This document shows, in pieces, positions 27,425-36,201 of a stretch of DNA of 46,323 nt. How positions within the stretch are numbered: the first letter of the stretch is position 1; every line of letters begins with the position of its first letter. A program made the position numbers and the translations under genes. The notes beneath the pieces were generated by a model that made no database searches, had not been told where the DNA came from, and was given only the letters and a program-made list of their open reading frames with translations. Source of the DNA: a virus (taxonomy: Duplodnaviria > Caudoviricetes); IMG/VR virus record IMGVR_UViG_3300037467_000877, positions 1-46,323 of that record; one strand, written 5' to 3'.

Positions 27425-28224
27425 GGATACTCCCTTACTCGTTCCCGCTGATGGCGCATCCAGTCCACCAGCTCAATGCCTCTCACCGCATCAGCCAGTG
27501 AGTAGCCCCACCAGGCGTCCAGCCGGTCGAGCGCCTGCCCATTCCACACGAGCGGGGGCAAGACAGCATCGGGCACAAAGTCCGTCACCGCCAGCTCCCG
27601 GTCTTCGATATGCGGGATGGGCGTGAATACCTTCCACGTAACCCGAAGATGGGGCCGCCACACTCCATCATCGGCCAACCACTCCGACGTCCCCTTGGCG
27701 TGACAGGGCGTCCGACCACATATGCAGCCCTTGTGAACCTTCCGCCGCGCACGCTGGACCTCGACCTGGTAGCTCACCATGTCAGTGAACGACGGCCGGG
27801 GCCCGTACCCGAGCGCCCACTGCTCGGCACCCTTCAACCCGTAGTCCCTCATGCCCGGGACCAACACGCGCAAGTACTGGAGGCTGTCCTCTAGTCCCTG
27901 AATGTCGACCCCTTCATTGTTGAGGGCGTGTCGATCGTGCGGGGCGTTGTGGGCCCACTTGCGAATCGCCGGGTCGACCAGCACCCCGCGAATAGCAGGA
28001 TGAAACAGAGCGGCAACAGGAAGTACTCGGCCGACCGCACGCCTGAATCCGCGAGGGCTGCGCTCACTAGTAAGGACACCCACGCTCCAGCAATGGACCC
28101 GAGCGCGGTGCTGCGGGCTAGTCTTGTCCGGTTGCCCATAGGTCTCCGTGTCAATCCCAAACTCACCAGCCTTCACGAGAGCAGCGGCGAGCTTGTCCCA
28201 CTGCTCCGGCTTGTCCAGCCACAC
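27394..28224 (-). CDS. 3'-5' exonuclease domain of a split family A polymerase
   Basis: ExoI GIDTET, ExoII AHNAPHD, YGLK, ExoIII YSLADA. Confidence 0.85.
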   Translation of the reverse strand: MWLDKPEQWDKLAAALVKAGEFGIDTETYGQPDKTSPQHRARVHCWSVGVLTSERSPRGFRRAVGRVLPVAALFHPAIRGVLVDPAIRKWAHNAPHDRHALNNEGVDIQGLEDSLQYLRVLVPGMRDYGLKGAEQWALGYGPRPSFTDMVSYQVEVQRARRKVHKGCICGRTPCHAKGTSEWLADDGVWRPHLRVTWKVFTPIPHIEDRELAVTDFVPDAVLPPLVWNGQALDRLDAWWGYSLADAVRGIELVDWMRHQRERVREYPWRQRLYPSP

Positions 28225-28236
28225 GAGGGCGACCCC

Positions 28237-29247
28237 TCAGAGCGTGAGCAACTGCTGCCCCTCGACCACCTTGCGGTTATTCGAGGTGGACTGAATATAC
28301 AGGTCGTACTGGTCGAGCTTGGCAGGATGCAGGCGAATCTTGCCGGTCTCGGGCAGGCCCATCAGGGACCGCACGCTCCGGCTGCCCTGGCGGTATTCAC
28401 CCTTGGCCTTGATGTAGACCACCAGCTCCTTGCTGTCCTGCAGGTACTCCGGCTTCACCAGCTGGTAGTAGTGGTTGCCCTGCTCGAACGCGCGCCCGTA
28501 GAAGTCGGCAATCGTGCGTCCCGCCATGTGGCGCGTCACGGTGCGGACCTCGCGCGGGTTGACGGCCTTGGTATTAGCCTTGATGCCCGCCGGGGTAATA
28601 GCCCCGAGGTTGTCCGTCGAGTAGAAGCTGGTCGAGCGAGTGGCACCCACCCGACGCTGGTCGACGTAGGTCTGCAGCGCGTTGGTAGTAGCGGCAGCCG
28701 TCGCCTGCAGGCCCTGTTCGGACCCGTCCCAATCCCGGAAGTTGGCCGCCGGGATACCCACGTCAGCCAGGTGGTCACGCGCAATCGCCGGCCCAGCGAG
28801 CGTAACCGTCAGGTCACCCCGGGCTTCGAGCTTGGTCAGGAGCGCCGTCAGCCGCGCGATGCTGTACTGATACGAGTGATTCTCGCCGCCATCAGTGAAG
28901 ATGGACACCAGCTTGGCTTGTGCCGTGCTCTTCTCAGCCAACTCCAGGGCCCTACCGATGGCGTCCCGCAGCGCCGTCATGCCGCCCAGGTCGTTGTAGT
29001 GCGCAATCGACGACGGCCAGCCCGTGACGACTTCTAGTGGACGCTGAGCCTTGAGCTGCCCCACCAGACTGCCAAACGGGATGACCGTAATCCGAAACTG
29101 ACTTGGTTCGGTCTGACCGGCGTACTGCTTCTCCTCACGTGCCAGCAGGTCAGCCATCTCGTAGACCATCTTGCGCGCTGTCGCCGTCTTGTGCTGGTCC
29201 ATGGACGCCGACTGGTCCAGGACAATGTAAACGTCAGTGGTCCTCAC
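28237..29247 (-). CDS. von Willebrand factor A domain protein
   Basis: MIDAS motif VLDQSASM, GMTALRDAIG, IFTDGGEN; additional C-terminal domain. Confidence 0.85.
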   Translation of the reverse strand: MRTTDVYIVLDQSASMDQHKTATARKMVYEMADLLAREEKQYAGQTEPSQFRITVIPFGSLVGQLKAQRPLEVVTGWPSSIAHYNDLGGMTALRDAIGRALELAEKSTAQAKLVSIFTDGGENHSYQYSIARLTALLTKLEARGDLTVTLAGPAIARDHLADVGIPAANFRDWDGSEQGLQATAAATTNALQTYVDQRRVGATRSTSFYSTDNLGAITPAGIKANTKAVNPREVRTVTRHMAGRTIADFYGRAFEQGNHYYQLVKPEYLQDSKELVVYIKAKGEYRQGSRSVRSLMGLPETGKIRLHPAKLDQYDLYIQSTSNNRKVVEGQQLLTL

Positions 29248-29516
29248 GCCTTCCTCCATTCAAAGACACTAAGGTCGCCAGGGTCTGGAGTGTACTCAGA
29301 CCATCCCTGCCACTCGCCGTGGCCACGAGTAATCACCATCCCAAACTCCTCGGCAATCCGGCGAGCTTCGGCCCATGTTTCGTCGTCTATCTCCGGGTTG
29401 GTGCGATCGTAGAAATCGCCCCCGCCGGTCAGCACCAATTCATTCTCGTCAATTTCGTAGACATGATACGACTCGGCGTACTTCTCGAACCGCGTACCCT
29501 TGGCACTGTAGCTCAC
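29244..29516 (-). CDS. Acidic hypothetical protein
   Basis: Coupled ORF within the operon. Confidence 0.6.
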   Translation of the reverse strand: MSYSAKGTRFEKYAESYHVYEIDENELVLTGGGDFYDRTNPEIDDETWAEARRIAEEFGMVITRGHGEWQGWSEYTPDPGDLSVFEWRKA

Positions 29517-29734
29517 AGGGCCCTCCGTCGAATGAAGATAGGCTCCTCACGAAGGTTGAGGGTCACCTTGATGACCGAGTCCCCGTCCGTGCGAGCATGG
29601 TTCTGGGCTGCCCCAGCCGTCTTGTAGAGGGTGCCGGCGCTCTTGCCAGACCCCTTGAGGTTGCCGTCCTTCGTGATGATGGCGTACATCACCCGCTGGC
29701 CCGGAACCTCCATGTGCAGCTCAACCTCGGCCAT
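29513..29734 (-). CDS. Hypothetical protein
   Basis: TAATG coupling with the upstream ORF. Confidence 0.6.
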   Translation of the reverse strand: MAEVELHMEVPGQRVMYAIITKDGNLKGSGKSAGTLYKTAGAAQNHARTDGDSVIKVTLNLREEPIFIRRRAL

Positions 29735-29991
29735 TAGTGTGTCAATCCTGAGTACGGACACTTGCAGGTCGGGCACTCGTCGGGAACCGGGCGCCCCTTG
29801 GTCAGGGCCAGCAGCAAGTCGACACGAGCCGCCTCGGCTGCACCCAGCGAGCCCTGGCTGATGGCCACGGTTAGCTCCTCAAGCAAGCTGTCCCACGGCT
29901 CACCCACCGCGTCCCCAACGTAGTTCTCGATGGCCTGCCGGAGGTCGCCCATGAGTTGAAGCTCGTGGTGCGACAATGGGCGCGAAGTCAT
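29734..29991 (-). CDS. Hypothetical protein with C-terminal CxxCxC
   Basis: Coupled ORF. Confidence 0.55.
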   Translation of the reverse strand: MTSRPLSHHELQLMGDLRQAIENYVGDAVGEPWDSLLEELTVAISQGSLGAAEAARVDLLLALTKGRPVPDECPTCKCPYSGLTH

Positions 29992-30851
29992 GGGTTCAGC
30001 AGTGCTGTCAGTGCCTCGACAGCGCTGGTGGGCTTAACGGGTTCATCTGAGATTGCCGTCATGGCCTCGAAGCGCGACCGCACCTCGGGAATGGACGTTC
30101 CCAGCAGAACGTGTGCACAAAATGCCTCCTTCAGGTGGGCCAGCGTGAGTGGCAACCCATCAAGCCCCGCCACCAGCTCCTCGGCCGGCTGCGGGCCCTC
30201 GGGGTTCCGCGCCTGAAGCTCCCGCAGGAACGCCGTCTGGATGACAGGGCTAATACGGTCAATCAGCACCACCCGGTCAAACCGCCCTGGACGATTGGCC
30301 AGGCGGGGCGTCATCTTCTCCTTGTGGTTCGTCGTCACGACCACCACGAGCCCAGAGACAGCGCGCGTACCGTCCAGATAGGCCAGCACTTGGGAGTTGT
30401 CCAGGTGCTTCTCGTCGGGGTCCTCCATTAGGACCATGATGCCCCGGCCGGGCTCATGCACCTTCATCCACTCGATGCCCAGCGGCATGTAGAAGGGGTC
30501 ACGGCACACCAGCACCACGCCTCCGTCATCGGTGAACGCCTTGACGATTTGCTGGGCGATGCTGGACTTGCCGGTGCCCTGGGGGCCGTACAGCAGATAG
30601 CCGCGCTTGTGGGTAAAGCCGTATCGAGCGAACGCCTCACGCTTAGCCATGAAGCTGCGCATGTCGGCAATCACGTCATCCGCAGCCGTGCCAGGCAGAA
30701 TCAGCAACTTGTCCGACAGCAGCTTGGTGGCCACAATCTCGGTGTTGCCGTCACCGTCCTGGTCCACCACGTACGTCCCCGCCGGTAGGCCACTCGAAAA
30801 GTCCGACGCCGGACGATACGTCCCGTTCTTGGTCACCGCATACTTGGTCAC
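29988..30851 (-). CDS. AAA+ ATPase (classic clade, BCS1-like)
   Basis: RGYLLYGPQGTGKS, Walker B VLMED, LDG, TTNH, RPGRFD second region of homology. Confidence 0.88.
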   Translation of the reverse strand: MTKYAVTKNGTYRPASDFSSGLPAGTYVVDQDGDGNTEIVATKLLSDKLLILPGTAADDVIADMRSFMAKREAFARYGFTHKRGYLLYGPQGTGKSSIAQQIVKAFTDDGGVVLVCRDPFYMPLGIEWMKVHEPGRGIMVLMEDPDEKHLDNSQVLAYLDGTRAVSGLVVVVTTNHKEKMTPRLANRPGRFDRVVLIDRISPVIQTAFLRELQARNPEGPQPAEELVAGLDGLPLTLAHLKEAFCAHVLLGTSIPEVRSRFEAMTAISDEPVKPTSAVEALTALLNP

Positions 30852-31414
30852 AGTGCGCTCCCCTTCTCGTCGAGCACCTTGATGAACGGCTTCACGAACT
30901 TCAGCACCGCTGATAGCACCCGGATGTCGGCCTCGCAGTGCTTGACAATTAGGTTCATCGACCGCTTGTCACCACGAAGCGTGGCGGCAGCCCACACCGA
31001 CATATCGAGCGGGGTCTTCTTGTCCTTGATGCCAAGGAAGTCCGCGACAGCGCCAAGCCGGTTGGTGCGAAGCCGGAACTTGCGCCAGGCAATGCTACAG
31101 GGGTCCACAATCTTGACGTCCTTGAGGGGCGGCAAGTGCCAGCGGAGGGCCCGGGTACGCAACATGGGCAAGTCAAAGCGAGTGCCGTTATGGGCCACGA
31201 TGACGTCGTGCTCCCCTACCAGCTTCATGATGGCCTTGACCAGCGCCTTGTCATTGCCTCGGTCACCCTTGCGCCACTGCGGATTCAGGCGGTCCTGACG
31301 GAGCGTCCGCACCACGCCAGGCTCCTTGCTGGACTCATACGAGCAGCAGAGGATAACGCCGCGGTCAGCTTCCAGGTCGGTGGTCTCAAGGTCCAACACC
31401 AGTACATCAATCAC
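30848..31414 (-). CDS. DEDD 3'-5' exonuclease (RNase_H_2 / DnaQ-like)
   Basis: LDLETT, AHNGTRFDLP, HCEADI. Confidence 0.85.
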   Translation of the reverse strand: MIDVLVLDLETTDLEADRGVILCCSYESSKEPGVVRTLRQDRLNPQWRKGDRGNDKALVKAIMKLVGEHDVIVAHNGTRFDLPMLRTRALRWHLPPLKDVKIVDPCSIAWRKFRLRTNRLGAVADFLGIKDKKTPLDMSVWAAATLRGDKRSMNLIVKHCEADIRVLSAVLKFVKPFIKVLDEKGSAL

Positions 31415-31968
31415 TGTGCATTCTCGACTGCCGGGGTCTCCGGCTCTTCCACTTGGTCAGGCCCACCCTTATAGGGCAATGCCTCTGAGAGCGCGGGCTC
31501 TTCAACTGACCGCACGACCACGTCCCCGTCCTCGTCGACCTCTTCGGTGGTCTTGGCCGCTTCCTGCTCGGCCTCCTTCTTCAGGGCCTCCAGGTCAATA
31601 CCGGCCCACTTCGCAAACGCCTTGGCCAGCTCCTCCGGCCCCATTGCCAGGTTGAACCGCAGGAGCCCGCCCAGCGCTAGCAGCCCGAGCTGCGTAACGA
31701 CTTCGCCAAGCTCCTGGTTATCCTCCACGCCGCCCACAATCTTCTCGTGCGGAACGCGAAGCACCGTAGTAGTAGGGTGCCCCAGGAGACCAGTCCGAAT
31801 ACCAAAGACCACCTCGCTCGGATGCTTGAGCGCAACCACGTGAACATCGGCCTTGAGCGCCTTGAGTGCCTGCCGCACCTGAGCCTTCAGCTTGGCTGTT
31901 TCTAGCCGCTTGGCCTTTGCCCGGTTCTTGCGACGCTTGAGGCTTGCGGCCTTCCTCTTGGTCAGCAT
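31411..31968 (-). CDS. Hypothetical protein (basic N-terminus, acidic C-terminus)
   Basis: TAATG coupling; ORF fills the operon. Confidence 0.6.
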   Translation of the reverse strand: MLTKRKAASLKRRKNRAKAKRLETAKLKAQVRQALKALKADVHVVALKHPSEVVFGIRTGLLGHPTTTVLRVPHEKIVGGVEDNQELGEVVTQLGLLALGGLLRFNLAMGPEELAKAFAKWAGIDLEALKKEAEQEAAKTTEEVDEDGDVVVRSVEEPALSEALPYKGGPDQVEEPETPAVENAQ

Positions 31969-32405
31969 TAGAATGCCAGCGGGTCCGTGTTGCCCTGGAG
32001 CTGCAGCATGTCTGGCTTCAGCTGTTGCGCGAACGGATTGATAGCCTGTTCGCCCTCGTCGTCCGGGTTTAGCCACTCAGTTACCCGAGCCTCGACTACC
32101 ACGTCCTTAGCGCCTTGAGGCGTATGACGAGTAACCACCTTGCGCTGGGTCTCGGTTCGCTTCTCAAGGATTGCAATGGATTCGTCGCGTACGGCCGTTA
32201 CGTCCGTAAACACGGCCCGCAGATTCTTTTCGCTACCTTCGTAGAACCGCAGGGCCAGTCCGTGATTGTAGCCAGCTCCTTTAGCGGCATACGGCGCTGT
32301 CAGGCCAAACGTCATCTTCCAGGCGGTCGGCACCGTGACCTTCCGAAGGTCACCATTCTGAAGTGTCAGCAAATACGTCTTCGTACCATCAGTCTTCTTG
32401 CTCAT
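31968..32405 (-). CDS. Hypothetical protein
   Basis: AAGGAG SD; globular beta-rich sequence. Confidence 0.65.
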   Translation of the reverse strand: MSKKTDGTKTYLLTLQNGDLRKVTVPTAWKMTFGLTAPYAAKGAGYNHGLALRFYEGSEKNLRAVFTDVTAVRDESIAILEKRTETQRKVVTRHTPQGAKDVVVEARVTEWLNPDDEGEQAINPFAQQLKPDMLQLQGNTDPLAF

Positions 32406-32743
32406 GACCATTTCTCCTTGGCGGCTTGGTAGGCCACCCAATCATCATGCCGTCGCTGAGCTGGGGTGCGCGTGTCGGGCGTACCGGCCAGAGCTGCCAG
32501 GACCCCTCGATGCAGTTGGTCCAGGTTGAACAGTGGCCGACACTTGTTACGAGCCGCATCCACAAACGAAACCGGGAGCGCTCCCTGGTCGATGCGTACT
32601 GGCGTCCCGTCTGGCAACCACGGATACGCCGGCAACCCTGGGTCCGACGGATAGTAGTTGCAGTACGGACTAATGCCGTGGACTGCTAACCACTGCGCAG
32701 ACCGAGCGCGCTCGCCATCCCAGTACTCACTTATCGCGCCCAT
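32402..32743 (-). CDS. Hypothetical protein
   Basis: Coupled ORF. Confidence 0.55.
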   Translation of the reverse strand: MGAISEYWDGERARSAQWLAVHGISPYCNYYPSDPGLPAYPWLPDGTPVRIDQGALPVSFVDAARNKCRPLFNLDQLHRGVLAALAGTPDTRTPAQRRHDDWVAYQAAKEKWS

Positions 32744-32843
32744 TCGACATGTCCCGGAACACCAAGTAGAGCCAAATCACCGTCAGGAAAATTAGGATGG
32801 CCCACTCGGTTACACCGGCCTCAATGCTGTGTACCCTTGTCAT
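32727..32843 (-). CDS. Small membrane peptide
   Basis: GGAGG SD; WAILIFLTVIWLYLVF transmembrane segment. Confidence 0.5.
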   Translation of the reverse strand: MTRVHSIEAGVTEWAILIFLTVIWLYLVFRDMSNGRDK

Positions 32844-33210
32844 TGACCGCCTCCAGCTCTTCCTGCAGGAGCGCCAGCGCCCTCCACGCGACCTTGGCCG
32901 TATGCCGCAGCCCGTCGGTATCCAGCGTCCCGCGCTCAATCAGGTGACGCAGAATGCAGTCAGCGTGGTCCGCGCTCTTCCCACGCGCCCAGTGCATAGG
33001 TTCACCGGGGTTGTGCTGCTCGTTGGCCACGTAGCTCACATTGGCCACCGCCGCCAGGGCCAGCGGGAAGTAGTCCAGTACACCGCGCGCAATGGGCTCC
33101 TCCTTTCGGGCCTTCGGGTCCGTAGGCAGGAGCGGCGCCGGCCGAACATCAGACAGGTCAAACCGACCGGGCAGTGGTCCACCATCCTGACCGTGGGTTG
33201 CTTCGTACAC
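32821..33210 (-). CDS. dATP/dGTP diphosphohydrolase-domain protein (DUF5664-like); start uncertain
   Basis: FPLAL..VA.VS..AN..H......W..G....HAD..LRHL.......D..RH.AKVAWRAL pattern; GGAGGT SD before GTG33210. Confidence 0.75.
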   Translation of the reverse strand: MYEATHGQDGGPLPGRFDLSDVRPAPLLPTDPKARKEEPIARGVLDYFPLALAAVANVSYVANEQHNPGEPMHWARGKSADHADCILRHLIERGTLDTDGLRHTAKVAWRALALLQEELEAVNDKGTQH

Positions 33211-33268
33211 GTTCACACCTCCAGGCGGGCCAAGCTCATCAAAGAAGCCGTAAGCTTGGTAAACCTCG

Positions 33269-33517
33269 TCATACCCGGACACGCGGCACCCGAATGAACC
33301 AGCGGTGAGGTACTTCGTTGACCTCAAGAATTCGTCCCACGAGCGCGGCTTGAGCACGGGCGTCATCCAGGTCGGCCGCCAGCCGGTCCTTGGGGTACAG
33401 CTCGGCGTCGTCCGTGAAGACCAGCACCCTAGTCGTCTCGGACGTCCAGTCTTGATAGTCGACGCTGGGCGCAGCATCCTTGACTACGTCGTCAATAGTC
33501 GGGGTTACTGCGGCCAC
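33269..33517 (-). CDS. Hypothetical protein
   Basis: AAGGAG SD before GTG33517. Confidence 0.55.
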   Translation of the reverse strand: MAAVTPTIDDVVKDAAPSVDYQDWTSETTRVLVFTDDAELYPKDRLAADLDDARAQAALVGRILEVNEVPHRWFIRVPRVRV

Positions 33518-33897
33518 GGGGTCGCTCCTTCCGGTAGGTCGGTCGGCGTCCGATAGGCCGTCCAGTCGCACTCACGATGGCCATGGGCCTTGTTAACCGT
33601 GCGCTCACGAGCCATGCCCGACGTCACGCCAAAGCCACCCACCATGATGATGCCATCACAATGGGCCACCACAGCTTCGTCGTCCCCCAGTGCCTTCTCG
33701 ACGATCGCCGGGTCCTCGGCTTGCCCCGCCTCAATCCAGCCCTCGACCTCGGCCACCCACGGCGCGATGTAGGCCCGGTCCGGGTCGTGAGCGAACAACC
33801 ACCGAAGCCACGCCTTGACGTTGCTAAGGTTGTCCTCCAGTGATGGCCGACCCGGGGCCGGGCGCACCGGATGGGCCACGTAGATTACTTGTCGCAT
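33505..33897 (-). CDS. Nucleoside 2-deoxyribosyltransferase-like protein (DUF4406/DUF1937-type)
   Basis: IYVAHP...YIAP...CDGIIMVGG...SGM..E pattern. Confidence 0.65.
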   Translation of the reverse strand: MRQVIYVAHPVRPAPGRPSLEDNLSNVKAWLRWLFAHDPDRAYIAPWVAEVEGWIEAGQAEDPAIVEKALGDDEAVVAHCDGIIMVGGFGVTSGMARERTVNKAHGHRECDWTAYRTPTDLPEGATPWPQ

Positions 33898-34799
33898 TAT
33901 GCTGCCTTGTTGTAAAACCGCGTCAGCGGTCCATCCCAGCCAAGCTCCTCCCACCCAGTTGGGCCGAAGTTGGCTTTACGTACGTGAAGTTCGGCCACGT
34001 CATCCGGGGCGTCCTCGCCCATCTCGCGCCTCCACCGGCCAGGACGATAGAGTGCCCATACCGCCTTCGTGCTCTTCTCAGCGCGTCGACACCACTCAGT
34101 ATCACCTAGCGCCGGACAGAAGCCCAACACCTCTCGATGGTCCCGATAGTGCTCCCTCCCCCGACGAAGCACATCAGTAGTCACCTGGCTGAGCAGCAGC
34201 ACCGCCACCCGCATGTTGCCAGCACGCGCATTCAGTCCTGTGGCAAGCCTGGCAATGTCGTCCTCTAGGTTCCTGGCCTCAGCCATGATTTGGAGATAGT
34301 CGACGATGACCAGCTTGACGGCGGCCCCCTCCACCTCAAGGGTCCCGTCCACTGTCGACAAAATGTCATCCACCGTTACCGGACCGAACCTGACATCGAT
34401 GCACTTTGCCCACTCAGCCTGTCCCGCCGCCTGCTCGATGCGGTCCAGCTCCCCACCGGTAAGGTCCAGCCGACCCATGTCCGTGGACGGAATCCCCGTG
34501 TCCTCAGCGAAGAACCGCTCAGCAGTAGAGTCCTCCGGGTCCTCCCCACAAAACCAGATGACCCCTGCTCCGGCCTTTGCTGCTGCCTCTGCTACCTGTC
34601 GCGCGAATGCACTCTTGCCGTCCCCAGTGTGAGCCATCAGCTCGGTGGCCACGCCCAGCTGGATGCCACCAAACGCATCATCAATAACTGCGAACCCCGT
34701 GGGGACATGACGGAGCAACTTCTCACCGGAAGCCGCGCGATTGACGTCCTCCCGCAGGCGATGCGCCTGATGCTTCAGTCGCTCCCACAGGTTTGCCAT
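33897..34799 (-). CDS. dnaB: DnaB-like replicative helicase (C-terminal ATPase domain only)
   Basis: PTGF..ID...GG, AHTGDGKS, IVDYLQ, LLSQ, K.NFGPTG. Confidence 0.85.
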   Translation of the reverse strand: MANLWERLKHQAHRLREDVNRAASGEKLLRHVPTGFAVIDDAFGGIQLGVATELMAHTGDGKSAFARQVAEAAAKAGAGVIWFCGEDPEDSTAERFFAEDTGIPSTDMGRLDLTGGELDRIEQAAGQAEWAKCIDVRFGPVTVDDILSTVDGTLEVEGAAVKLVIVDYLQIMAEARNLEDDIARLATGLNARAGNMRVAVLLLSQVTTDVLRRGREHYRDHREVLGFCPALGDTEWCRRAEKSTKAVWALYRPGRWRREMGEDAPDDVAELHVRKANFGPTGWEELGWDGPLTRFYNKAA

Positions 34800-35226
34800 C
34801 CGTCTTCTCCCCGAAGCCAGGACTCAATGCTGGTGGTGGCTCAGTTGCTTTGGCCTTGGCGAGCCACTGAGGCCACTTGTTCAGGACGTCCAGCAGTGTC
34901 TGGGGTCCGTGCAGCCAACCCTGGCGCATCATCCACGCCCCCACGAGCCCGGCGTCCTCTATGGTGGCACCTTGATACGCTGCCATCTTCGCCACCCGAG
35001 GCCAGCCAGTACTAAGGGGCACCACCTTGCCCGGAGCGGCCTTAATGAGGGCCTGTTCGAGCACCACCGGGTTCACGCCCTTAGGCGCCTCTTCGGCCGC
35101 CGTCAGCTTGGCCAGAATCATCTTGGCCCGGGTCGCCATTGTCCCGACCAATTGACCGGTCGTCAAAGGCTCAAGCCGCTCACGCAGAAATTCGGCCTCG
35201 CCTTTCGTGAACCGAACGGCCCGCAT
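34723..35226 (-). CDS. Hypothetical protein, possible replication initiator or helicase loader
   Basis: Immediately upstream of and overlapping the helicase gene. Confidence 0.55.
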   Translation of the reverse strand: MRAVRFTKGEAEFLRERLEPLTTGQLVGTMATRAKMILAKLTAAEEAPKGVNPVVLEQALIKAAPGKVVPLSTGWPRVAKMAAYQGATIEDAGLVGAWMMRQGWLHGPQTLLDVLNKWPQWLAKAKATEPPPALSPGFGEKTDGKPVGATEASGASPAGGRQSRGFR

Positions 35227-35765
35227 TACGTCATCGCATGACGGAAGGCCCGCCCGAGCGTCATTCCCGGGCTATCGTCCTCGTCGTCGTCTCGGTCGTT
35301 GCCACGATACACAACATAACACTTAACGTCAGGCAGGCCGGCCGCTTCAAGAGTCCGCTTAGCCACCTGGTAAGCATCCTGGCCCACCTTGCCATCCCGC
35401 AACGCGATAGCACCAATGGCGCAGCACTCGCGAGGATTCTCTGGAATCTTGGTGCCGGTATCGAATGGCGTGCCGCTGGTCCACTTCAGGCCACGAGCGT
35501 GTGCCTCAGCAAGCGCCTCAGCCAGCACCATCTCGTCGGCCGGAATGTTGTCGTTGGCCTTGGGAACGCGAATCTTGCGAATGTGGCCAGCACCAAAGGC
35601 GTTGGCCAGACACGGGCCAAGGCCACCACTGTGCTGAACGTGTAGCCCCAGAGGGTCATATGGGGTGGGTACAATCTTGGTCACCACCCCAGTAAGGCCC
35701 TCCCATTCAGGGTTGTCCACGTGATGCAGCTTGACCCAGTCACCAACCTTGAAAGTACGAGACAT
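35226..35765 (-). CDS. Hypothetical protein (SH3/KOW-like N-terminus; C-terminal domain paralogous to 42291..42653)
   Basis: FKVGDWV...GLTGVV; NDNIPADEMVLA...CCAIGAI. Confidence 0.65.
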   Translation of the reverse strand: MSRTFKVGDWVKLHHVDNPEWEGLTGVVTKIVPTPYDPLGLHVQHSGGLGPCLANAFGAGHIRKIRVPKANDNIPADEMVLAEALAEAHARGLKWTSGTPFDTGTKIPENPRECCAIGAIALRDGKVGQDAYQVAKRTLEAAGLPDVKCYVVYRGNDRDDDEDDSPGMTLGRAFRHAMT

Positions 35766-35768
35766 GGT

Positions 35769-36194
35769 TCACTCCAGTCCGGCCAGGGGGTCGGCCGTAC
35801 TACCATCGAGTGCAGGGGCCTCAGTGGCGCTCACGCCGGGCTGCTCGGGCTCGGCTTCAGCCTCGGCCTCACCAAAGAATGTCGGGCTCTTGATGACGTG
35901 GAAAATCTTGGCGAAGGGCATGGTGTCCACCGTCCGCTCCTCGCCCTTGTACTTGGGCTGCTTGGGCTTATAGGACTCCAGCACCAGCTCGCCTTCCACA
36001 ATCAGGCTGTCGCCCTTGCGGAGCTTGTCGGCCGTGTCGACGTCGTAGCCCGTCACGATGGCGTTGAACCAGCGGGTGGTCGACTTCTTGCCGCGCGCCT
36101 TCTCGGCACAACGCAGCTTGCGACCCTCCTTCTCGCCCAGCATGATGTTCTCCGGGTCCGCGCCCAGCGACACAACGTACATTCCCTTGTTCAT
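35769..36194 (-). CDS. ssb: Single-stranded DNA-binding protein
   Basis: LGADPE, WFNAIV.G..A..LRKGDSLIVEGEL OB-fold pattern, acidic tail; GAGGA SD. Confidence 0.85.
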   Translation of the reverse strand: MNKGMYVVSLGADPENIMLGEKEGRKLRCAEKARGKKSTTRWFNAIVTGYDVDTADKLRKGDSLIVEGELVLESYKPKQPKYKGEERTVDTMPFAKIFHVIKSPTFFGEAEAEAEPEQPGVSATEAPALDGSTADPLAGLE

Positions 36195-36201
36195 ACAGTC
36201 C

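Noticed and set aside
26018-33897. 2-aminoadenine (Z) or 7-deazaguanine genome system
   Set aside because: No PurZ, DatZ-like HD hydrolase, Que/Fol enzymes or DpdA recognised; only the diphosphohydrolase-like gene is present
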